From Penicillus capitatus (lineage: Eukaryota > Plantae > Chlorophyta): a stretch of DNA of 64,000 bases. A program made the translations under genes and the position numbers. The stretch is taken from the NCBI GenBank assembly GCA_965649825.1, contig OZ287713.1, positions 239,487-303,486 on the forward strand, written 5' to 3'. The notes beneath the pieces were generated by a model. The model made no database searches. It saw nothing but the letters and a program-made list of their open reading frames with translations, and was not told the origin of the DNA. The stretch's first letter is position 1. The number at the start of each line of letters is the position of its first letter. This document shows, one piece after another, positions 49,701-59,159 of this stretch.

Positions 49701-52626
49701 TCACTGGAGCCATGAATGATGATGCCACAGTGATCGGTGTGAAGGTCAGTTCCAATCGCAAAGCAATTCGCGAACAAATAAAAGAAATGGGTCACATTTC
49801 ATCTCTCCGCCATCACAATCAAGAGATAAGCGCCGCCGCGAGCACTCATCAAGTAAAAGATCCCATCCATACAGAACCATTACGCCTCAACAACTGGACG
49901 TATCAACTCCTGCTGGATAACGCTGTTTTTGCTAAATGTCTCAAGACGATCATGCGCGGGTTGGAAAAGAGCCAGACAGCACTCTACAAAGCTTCCGCCG
50001 AACGACACGTCATTGAATGGTGTCTTCTTGTCGACAACTCGGGATCCATGATCAGTAAGGAGCACCAAATGAAGGAAGCCCTTGTTCTGGTGATGGAGAT
50101 GCTTCACCGACTGGAGTTCCGCTTTGCTGTGGCACTCTTTGGCGACAGCACTTCTCAACGGATGCGGAAGCTCATCAAGGATCCATTCACTATCGATATT
50201 GGTCAACAGATTATTGACTCTTTTACTTTCGACGAAGGAACATTCCCTGCATCAGCTGTCAGAAATGTAGCACAGAAAGTGTGGCCATTGGGCCTCTCCC
50301 AAGAAGAGAAGAGACAGAATCACAGAGTGATGCTCATGATCGTGGATGGCTTGACTCAGGAACGAAGGAGGGAGGACTACCTCTCCGTCTGCAGAGAGAA
50401 AAACATTAGCTTGGCAGTTCTCAACATCCATGACGATCTGCAGAAGGATTTGATGAACTCAATAAGAGCACTGTGGAAGAGTGCTGGTGCTCAGTTTGAA
50501 ATGCTCCATGCGAAGCAAGTCGATGCATTGCCAAAAGTTCTCGTCAGTCTGATGGAACAGCAGATGGGTGTCGTTTACAGAAACATCACGAACGCTCCTC
50601 CATTGGCATCTGGAATGGAGTCTACCAGAGTCATCTACGACGTTCTGGGGACTGATTTTTCAGCTGTTCATTTCGATGCCATCTGCTTGGAATTTGGTGA
50701 GAACAGATTGCCTATGTTGCCAGAACAGTTCACAATGGAAAACTTCTTTGAATGCGACTATCGTCCCAGCAGCATTCCTTTTACAGAAGAGATGGGCCAG
50801 CTGATCACGGAAGAGATCAAAATGTTTCCGATTGACACGGAAATGACAGAAACGCTTCAGAAACAGTACGACACCTTACTGACCAGTGCAAGTGTGAGAG
50901 AACATCTAAAGAAGGCAGAAACAGCTTGGATGCAGGCCACAGAGCGCCTGGGATCCGAAATGAGCTCTGTGGCAGAAGCGCTGGAGAGTTATCTTCCTCA
51001 GAACATCTTCAGTAGAAAGAGAGCAGATGTGAAAGGACAGACAATCCATATTCCTGGATACATCAAGCATCTGGCGACCCAAGGGAGTGAAAAGAAGATC
51101 TTTGCGAACAAGAAAGGTGGTGGCAAGGCTGAGTATGCCATCGTACTCCTCCTGGATATCTCTGTTTCCATGAAGCACAGCGCCAATCAGGCGTGTGCTC
51201 TGGAAACTCTCTTCTTGATGATAGGGGCACTTCAGCAGATGAGTATTGAAAATTTTTGCGTGATTCTGTTTGCTGAACAGATCTATCCCATCAAACTACC
51301 TGATATGGTTTGGGAAGACGTATGCATGGCTATGCTCATGAAAACTGTAGAGCACATTCATGAGACCTCCACCATGGATGCCGATGCACTGCATTTTGCA
51401 GCAGAGTTATTGGAATCCAGTAACGTGAGAGGACCTAAAAAGATCTTCATCGTGACAGATGGTTATGGAAGCTCTGGTGTGCGACTTGCTGCTGTACTGA
51501 CCAAACTCGAAGCTTCAGGAATCGATGTTCTGGCCATGAGTGTCGGCCCTGAAGTTTCTTTTGTCAGGAGCTGCTACAACAAGTGGATTAAAGCTGCCTT
51601 CCCTCATCTGTTACCAAATGCCATCGAACGGATGGAGAACGCCATTCAGACTGTAACTTCAAAACAGAATGCAAGCCATGTGGAACCTATGACTTGGTTG
51701 AGTCTTCGCCTTCTCCCAGAAAGCAGCAATGAATCCGTCAGAGATATTCTTGAAAACCAAGAAGCAGTGTTTTCTGACTTAACACCCATGCATCAAGAGA
51801 GGGAAGCACGATTGATATGTGGAAACAGACCCTCTATATTCACCGTGGACATCTGCTTTTGCTTGGATTGCACGGGATCTATGCATAAATGGATAAAAGC
51901 TGCTATCGAACACATCCATGTAAGACACGCACCTTCGTTGTCTGTTGTCAACGTTTTCTGTGATGTTCAGATCATTTGTGATACAATCTCTGCGAGAATT
52001 AAGGAGCACTCTCTTGTAGAATTAGATTTCAATTTTGGTATGGTGGCTTACAGAGATTATGGAGACGGTGATCAACAGATATGTCCTTGTCCTTTTGCAC
52101 GTGGACCAGACAACGTGCGAGAATTCCTTTCAAGACAGGAAGCGAGAGGAGGAGGATATGATTTAGCCGAAGACCTCCTTGGAGGCCTAAATGCTGCAGC
52201 AGACTTAAAAGGGTGGAGCAGTAAGGTGAAATTCTGCATTCTTATTGCTGATTATCCCGCACATGGAAAAGAACTGCACACGGAAGACGTCCGTGACAGG
52301 TGATCATCGACACTAATCCCTGTCTTTTTCTCAGAAGTTTTGTGTATAGTTACCCAGATGGCGATCCCTTAGGACTCACTGTCGAGTCTGTACTGAAAAA
52401 ACTGCGCGAAAAGAACATCCATTTGCTTTTCAGCAGAATCACTAAACATACTGACATTATGATTAAGAGGTTCAAGGAATGTTATGATGGAGGGAAGTAC
52501 TGTCTGGAATCCAGAAACATGTTGCCGCGGAAAGGTACTTCTTCAACATCTGAGGCCGTCACAGAACAATTCGGAGAGATCATTGGAGGCATGTGCTCGG
52601 ATGTCATAATCATGAATTTTCTATAG
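25711..52626 (+). CDS. Giant midasin-like AAA+ ATPase (~8,300 aa): 6x AAA, helical linker, tandem ASH/Ig-like domains, 3x vWA
   Basis: Exon model 25711-27013, 27064-33098, 33154-40435, 42144-45799, 45843-46728, 46767-51919, 51971-52299, 52350-52626 sums to 24,921 nt (8,306 aa plus stop), with phase-compatible GT-AG introns. Walker A at 28212, 29541, 30492, 31443, 33078 and 34177; vWA motifs DNSGS (50033), DISVS (51155) and DCTGS (51866). The start could be the upstream ATG at 25585. Confidence 0.8.
40465..40479 (+). repeat. Left copy of 15-bp target-site duplication
   Basis: AATCCGGCGGTGCAC, identical to 42113-42127; the flanking bases differ on both sides. Confidence 0.9.
40480..42112 (+). 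mobile_element. Non-autonomous LINE-like retroelement (ORF1 only), 1,633 bp
   Basis: Bounded by a perfect 15-bp direct repeat. One GC-rich, intronless ORF with about 80 nt of leader and 130 nt of trailer. No endonuclease or RT. Confidence 0.8.
40562..41980 (+). CDS. LINE ORF1 (gag-like nucleic-acid-binding) protein, 472 aa, ending before the CCHC knuckle
   Basis: PRSYRDAA motif, coiled-coil-like segments and KVPVVISNVDLDIDPEDAITAIAEQN...HRLNRR...NLKVFVS...LPIRSF resemble non-LTR ORF1 RRM-like regions. It stops where CX2CX4HX4C normally follows. Confidence 0.62.
   Translation: MQPSGSQSGGPDTAPDPVRTAVAQAANTVRYRRDLRQSPEVLEAMSKKELILVNTALQACPTHIAATVDPATLISKINAYLAAHEEKDKAQLRLVRRLENLQNQLLLAPEAPDLPERDTTHTASLCRSRHSVPPNEFLRALSDDIRSATSQIEIIASPLVPKENMYAPRFSQALSMLHEVHTCMLFYHCITDWTSPTAHPTPTAPADGVPAASVPGSAAPRSYRDAARKASPTQTPAQQQRNAQARELRKKTQELKAQIRCDERSFQLCPVKLKGDRPSFRQLGISLERKLKIRNLKEYVEDIRTDHGGRYYVQIRADLRESFEKSLDRCLECAGDSWDLELDDLGTFTVNNPYLSPTKDKVPVVISNVDLDIDPEDAITAIAEQNASRWKITAAELEEEHLAAPHRLNRRKRDSAGQPLPEWTPSRNLKVFVSKTLYEQLKDPKTAFATLDYMVLPIRSFARLPSAPRGVS
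42113..42127 (+). repeat. Right copy of 15-bp target-site duplication
   Basis: AATCCGGCGGTGCAC, identical to 40465-40479. Confidence 0.9.
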
Positions 52627-53555
52627 CTGTTGCACGAAGATGCATATCATTCCTCGTTTCCTGATCACTTTTCGTTTTTTATCCGTGTTCCAATCGAAAA
52701 CCTTGAAGCATGAACAGAAGAAATCTTGGATTGAAAGTCGCATCTGCATTGGCACCAAGTTCCAACATTCTTGTTTCTACTTAATGGTTCGAAGAGCTAA
52801 CTCCGCTGATTATTTGTCCTCCTTTGACGGAGTTGATGAGAATCTGATTGAAGTAACTTTTAATCGGATGGTTGTTTATGGCTAAATGGAAGATAATTTA
52901 ACATCATAAGGTGCCACGTGCTATGCATGACCTCTTCACGTCGCCACGTCATTTCTCTGTCTGAGCAGCCGCGTTGCGCAGAACACAGATTGTCGTAACA
53001 TTCTGACATGACATGACATGTCGTGTACTTTGTCGCCCTCGGACATGACCGCTTTCTTCCTGAGTATAACTAGCGACTTATTATCAAAACTGGATGAAAT
53101 CGTTGCAACCTGTGATGCTCTCAGAACCGAACAGAAAAATGAATGTGACCACGAGATATTCAAACAAATAACTAAATATTCGTTATCGGATGCATGGTTT
53201 TGATTACAAGTCGTGGTACAATTCGCAAGCTATGCTACACATGCGGTTCCTCAACAGGATAGTCGAACGTCAAAAACAGTCAACGCAGATTCTAAAATGT
53301 TGAAATATACAGCTGTTGTTTTTGCTCAATCGACATACCTCCGGTATTAAATTCGTGTTCTTGCATTGGCGGTATCAGTAATTTCTTCCATTTCCTTGAT
53401 GTCGACAGGTGCATTGATGAATTGCGACCTCGCCGTCATCAAGTTCTGTATTCGAAACTATTAAGAAATCAGGCGACTGCACGAGATGTATTAAGGTAAG
53501 AGTCGCCGGTGTAGAAGAAAGGCGGATTAAGTTTCTGGATAAGATGTCGTGACGC

Positions 53556-53749
53556 GATTGTCAGAAGGACTGATGCTGTCACGTCGTGACTGCCTCGTAA
53601 TTCAAGGGTTCTGTCTTCTATCGGGCGCTCATAATGGTTCATGTCATCTAGGGTTCCTCTGTACAGTCATCTGTGGGGTATAAAACCGCGAATGTGAACC
53701 TGTAGATACCTTAGCTCTGTAATCAGTGAAGCCCTCCTTTGACAGCGAT
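53556..53749 (+). repeat. Degenerate direct repeat, copy A
   Basis: Blocks gattgtcagaaggact...caagggttct...gggcgct and tgtagataccttagctctgtaa...gacagcgat align, with many mismatches, to 56728-56953. Confidence 0.7.
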
Positions 53750-53876
53750 GGATGATGCGGGGTCGGTTAAGCCAAAGGCTCAATTAGCTAAAACCTGGAG
53801 AACAGGAGGATCAACTAATTACGGAGTGAATGGAGCTTGTGGAAGAGCCACTTGAGCTCCTGCTGTCATTAAAACC

Positions 53877-56280
53877 TCATGGAGAGGTTCTGCTCGAAGC
53901 TCTAGAAGACTTCTTGGTCCGAGAAACAGCAAGCTCTGCGTATTTATCTGTTTTTTGGTTGTGAGTTTGCTTGTCGATTGTGCTATATTCCGTTATTGCC
54001 CTCTTTGTGCACTCTATCAATCTGAACGATAGCTCCAGTGATGTATTTAATTCAGCTTTACAGCCCGTGTGCCAGTTGCGTTTGGGGAAACCGACACTAC
54101 AATACAGGTTGTTCATAGATGGATTTAGGGCATTCTCCACTGTTTTCGATCACATCCAAAGTATCAGCGAATCCATGAATTTGCAGTTTTTAATCGGCGC
54201 GAACACTCTTTGAAGGTTCCGTAGAGCGCCCCAAAATCCTTGCCTAGCGTTTTGAAAGTGTGGACAAGAGAAGCGGTGTTCTTGATCTTCATTATGCGTA
54301 GGACCGAATCTGCATAACGGTGGTTCACCTTGCCGATGCGGAATGGGTAGGTTCTTGGCTGTCCAGCATGCTGAAAGGAACTCGGAGAGCAGCGCCAGAT
54401 ACGGTGTTCGATAGCGACGCAAGGGCCGTTCGGGCGAAGCCCAGAATGGTCCCCAAAGGAAAGGCGTTCTACCTGTCATTGCGCGTAAGCTTATTCTTAC
54501 AAAGAAAGAAAGACAATCCGTTCTTTTGCTTGCGCCCCTCCTTAAATACCTCCTGATCAGGAGGGGCGACTAATACGCCATTTGATCTGATGACTCAAAT
54601 GGGCTGATCAGTCATCTTAGTATTTCTGTAGGAGCCCACACTACCTATTGAGCGTTGCGACTGTTGCTAGAGCTGTTCCTGCACCTGGAATAGGTACAGA
54701 GGATTTCGTCTTTCCAGTCTGAGTATTTAGGATATCTCCATGATGGTTTGAGTCCGATCTAAATTCGTGCGAAGAGTTCTTCCCGAAGCTCTAGCTTCCC
54801 TAGTGTTGTTGGTGGGATTCGACGGAATCTTCGTGGTCCTTCGATCTTCAAAAATATGCTCCGGGTCTTTGTGGGTAAAATTAGCTGAGCGCGGTCATAG
54901 TTCTTGATAGCGTTGTTTTCTGTTTGTAAGGCCAGCAAGGTGGCGTTTCAAAAGCCGGTGGTGATGGCAATATCCCTAAGGTCTAGATACGGTACAACGG
55001 AAATATTCGATCCGGTGTGTTACGAACGGAGTGGACTTGTAGCTGGAAGCTCCATGATTCGATTACGCATCTAAGTGGGAAAGATAGCACCCCGGACGAG
55101 TTGTCAAAGAATAGGTGGACGGTGGCCAAAGTAGGTGGATGCGATCATCTTTTTTGGGCTAGTGTTTGAAGTGCAAAAGCACGAATCTGGTTCACATGTT
55201 AGTTTGATAACGAGCGAAGATCAATTCGGATTCCCATTGAGCACAGCAATGTATAGAGAGTGAACGGGAGGTGTTGGAAGTAGCGAAGCGGACAAGGCTT
55301 TTTGCGTGATCTCGCGATACCACGACATAAGTTTTCTCTGCGTAGAATTTTATCTCGTCGGAGTCTGCCCATTTCTCCGGCTTTCTGGGGGTAAACTGCA
55401 CCAGATGCATCTGTTCAGTCCGCTTCCAGTTCCTTTCGAAACATTAAATCAGCATCCACCTGTCCTTCCACCTGTCCTGATGTACATTTTTGAAACTAAT
55501 TGCTTTACACATCTCCTTTTCGTACGATTAGGAGAGCATCTAACAATCGATGTTTCGGCCATTACAAAAATCCTGGCACTACCAACCGAATACGGATAGA
55601 GATGTTGCGGGGAGGTTGGGAGACATGAGTATAGGAAGGATCAAGCAATTTAGACTTGCATACAGAGTTGCTTTCCCGCCGAAAATCCTCTCGTGCAGGG
55701 CTTTCGAAATAAACACTCGAACATTTCTATTGAGAATTCAATCCGACAGAAGGTTTCCGGCGATTCAGGCGATGTGGTGTGATCATGTGCGTGTTTTGGC
55801 GGTCATCCGGAGGCAGTTTCCAGTGAAGAGTTCTAGTGCGCAATTCCTGAGATGACGTCATCCACATGAACATCTTCGTCAATGTTACCTATGACAACGG
55901 GAACTTTGCCGCGGAAGTGAGCGATTTGTGTGCGTCCCACAGGTCGACGACTCCACGGACTGGGAGCGACAAATTCTAGGTGTAACGCGCATGCATGAAA
56001 CGCAGATAGGGAGGATGCCATGTGCGATAGTCGTACAGGACTCCTTCGTCCGTATTTGGAGGCCAAGACCCAATACACAACGACTTCCGCTGCGAAAACG
56101 TCACATCATCATTATCCGTCAGAGTAAAGCGGCTCAGTGCTTCTTGCCGCCAGTGGCCGGAGGCGGCCGGATGCGCTGCAGTCCCTCTTATTTACTTGTA
56201 TATAGCAGGTTCCAAAACGATCAGTACGTAAATCAGTGTGTGACGTTCGTTGCGCGAGAGGCTCATCATGCACGACGATG
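53877..56280 (-). mobile_element. Heavily decayed LINE remnant related to the 40480-42112 element (ORF1 fragments plus ORF2 C-terminus)
   Basis: Minus-strand fragments DLRTDRFGTCYIQV, GKVPVVIGNIDEDVHVDDVISGIAH*, WKLPP...PHRLNRRK and NRNVRVFISKALH...LILPI match the intact ORF1 in the same order. CRFGPTHNEDQEHRFSCPHF..AR..FW (ORF 54150-54479) resembles the LINE ORF2 C-terminal zinc finger. Many stops and frameshifts. Confidence 0.72.
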
Positions 56281-56727
56281 AAATGAGAGAGGACGGACGG
56301 CATTCTGAATATTTACACGGAAACTGTTCTGTTTTCTCCGTATAAGTATGTAATTATACATTGCGGACGGAGTTTTCCTGCGCGGTTCGCCATCCGGTCC
56401 AGACTCGGCTGTCCGGCCGACGTTCACACAGTGATCAATTGTCGATAATGATCTTCGCCGCAGCAGCGGCGAAGGACCCAGGCCCCCCTCACTGCGTTCT
56501 CGTCTTTGGCGCTCGAGTTCTGTCGTCCATCATATAGCAGGGCTCCGAGAACACCAGCCCTGTCGTACTCGACGCGCCTTTCGACCACGCTGACGAGGTT
56601 GCTCATGGTCTGCGCGTCGAAGGACTTTCGTCGCTTCCCCTATCTTCAATCTTTCTCTTGCGAAATAAGTCCTTTCCCCGATCGTTGACAAAAAAGAGAT
56701 CATCAGCCACGTCGATCAGGAAAAAAT

Positions 56728-56953
56728 GATTGTCGGAAGGACTAAGACTGTCACATCGTGACTGTCTTCTTTACCAAGGGTTCTCTCTCCGAAGGGCGCT
56801 TACACGAGGTTTACGTCAACCCATAGATCCTTTCTCGTGGTCCTGATAAGCCGTTGACTCATTTGTCATGTCACCTGTAACATACAAATACATGAACGTT
56901 GATCCGTGTAGACCTTTGCTCTGTAACTGTGAAAGCTTTCCTTCGACAATGAT
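56728..56953 (+). repeat. Degenerate direct repeat, copy B
   Basis: Blocks gattgtcggaaggact...caagggttct...gggcgct and tgtagacctttgctctgtaa...gacaatgat; homologous to 53556-53749. Confidence 0.7.
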
Positions 56954-57450
56954 CCAAGGTTATATAATTGGCTCGATTCTTAGGCAGCTCGTCGGTTATT
57001 TTAGACGAAGTAAAGTATCCTATGAACGAAATCGTTAGAACAGAGAATCATACGCCTCTCTTTTCGGTCAATGAACGATCGAAGAATGAACTTACCAGAT
57101 CGAAACTGCGCGTAATGCTCTTATTCGAAGCTCTCGATGATTGTGGTTTCTAAAATCGATCGGCGACAGATCGATCGCAGCGCATCGATCAGTTCGATGG
57201 AAGACGATCGTCGATCGCTGCTGGGCGAATCGCTTTTGTATGTTTTTTCGTAATCGTCCGATCGAAATGCCGGCGTAATGGTTTTTTGTCGAACGAAGCG
57301 TAGTAGTCGGTGCACGACGATCAACAATCGATCGATCGGGTTATCGGAAGATTGATTCGTACGCATCGTACCGATGGTTTCCGTGTCAAATGACGCGATT
57401 CGTTGCCGTCGCTGTCGTCGCAGTCTCTTCCGTCTCGCAGGAAATGTGCG

Positions 57451-59109
57451 ATGTCGAGTGCAGGGAGCGTCATTTCAGCGCGAACGGCGCCAGGCGAGCT
57501 GAAGAATCTCGCAGACGAGATCCTCATTAAAATCTTCGTCCACCTCGACTTTAAAACCAGGTACATCTGTCGCTTGAAGGACACTGGCCGTAGTCGGATT
57601 CCTTCGCAGGCACTGCTGGCTTCCTCTCGTCTGTCCGCGTTGGGCGAATCTCGTTCGGAGCAACGAGCTGTGGCACGACGTCCGTGTGGCCCCTCACGAA
57701 GAGAGCGCTCTCTCTGGTGGGGCCGTTTCTCAAATCAAGGTCTTCCGTTGGTGCGGCCGGCCACATGTCCGTCCCTTTCTGCGCTCCCTGACGCTGAAAG
57801 GCCTCGGGACCGGCCACGACGACTTCACGCCTGTGGGCATCGGAGCCCTGCTGGGCATCTCATGCCAGGCATTGACAAGACTGGAGCTCCAGGCGTCTCG
57901 GGCGCTGCTGAGCGACCTGAGCTACCTGCTCTGTCTCTTTTGCCTAAGAGACCTGGTCCTCGTCTGCGCGGACCCGAACCCCCTCCATCCTTTTCACGGT
58001 TCCGACATCCAGTGCGTCGCGCATCTGCAGGAGCTGCGCACAGCCGTGTTCGATCTGAACCTGGTGGTCGTTCCCGGTAAGCCCCGGCCACGAGAGGCAG
58101 GCCCGACGCGTGGGATGCAGGAGATCTGAGTCGCCTGGAGAAGCTGAGGACCTTGAGCGTGAGCGGGACTGGGACCAGTTCTCTGCTCTTCCCGTTCTGT
58201 CTCTCGACTCTGTCGGTGGAGGAGCTGGTGGTGAAGAACCCATTGTGGGCGGAGGTGCCGGACGTGGTCATGCAGTTTCCTTGCCTCAGGAGCCTCGAGA
58301 TCCGCAGACATCCCTTCGCACACAACCTCGGATTCAGCTCTCCTCCAGGTGGGACTTGCACCAAGCGGATGCGTGCGTCTGCACGGGGATGGATCCTAGG
58401 CAAGATGCATCAACTGGAGCGCCTTGGCATCGTGGCCCACCAGCTTCAGAGGACGCCCGAAGAGGTCGGAGAGATGATCTTCCTCAAACACCTGGACCTG
58501 TCAGGGTCAGTCCGTCATCCACATCTGCACTCTCCTTGACTGCGGCGTGCATCAGGAACAAGTTCGACGAGCGCCTGCCGACGAGCGTCGTCTTTCCCTT
58601 CAAGAAGCTCTGCCGTCTGGAATCCCTGGACATCTCTGACTGCGGCCTCAGAGAGCTCCCTTCTTCACTTCGTGTGGAGAGACATCGGGTGAGGGATGCG
58701 TCGACTGACGTGGCTTGTCTGCAGAGTTCCTGGTCAACCTGACGGAGTTGAATCTCTCGGGCAACGTACTGGAGACCGCATCGAATGTGCTGTCCCGATG
58801 CCTCTCCTTGAAGCGCCTGTTGATGGTCGGCTGCGGATTGGACACCGTACCGTACCAGATTTCGGAGATCCCCAGTCTGGAGCACCTGGACATCTCCAAC
58901 AACCCTGTCACCTGCGTCGAAGGCCTGAGGTGCGTGCCACGCCACAGGCCGTCTCCCTCCGTGATCGGTTTGTTCTCTGCAGCGATCTCTTGAAAAAGAA
59001 GCGCTTTGTCGCCCTCGTTTTCCGACAGGATAGATGGACATCCGAATTCGTCGCCTCCGCCTGCCGCATCGCGCGAATGTGGGGCAGACGCGAGCCCATT
59101 GTGAATTAG
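57451..59109 (+). CDS. F-box plus leucine-rich-repeat protein, multi-exon
   Basis: LADEILIKIFVHLDFKTR|HCWLPLVCPRW...LW (F-box). LRRs include LESLDISDCGLRELP, LTELNLSGNVL, LKRLLMVGCGLDTVP and LEHLDISNNPV. Confidence 0.78.
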
Positions 59110-59159
59110 ATCGTGTTGTGGTTTCTGGCAGACTCTTTCGGCTGTAAAGTAGAATCGAG

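Noticed and set aside
25711-52626. Labelling the giant gene MDN1/REA1
   Set aside because: The ring is midasin-like, but the size, ASH array, three vWA domains and lack of a long D/E-rich region argue against assigning orthology without a phylogeny.
53556-56953. LTR retrotransposon with the direct repeats as LTRs
   Set aside because: No TG...CA ends, PBS, PPT, protease or integrase seen; the internal remnants are LINE-type ORF1 and an ORF2 zinc finger.
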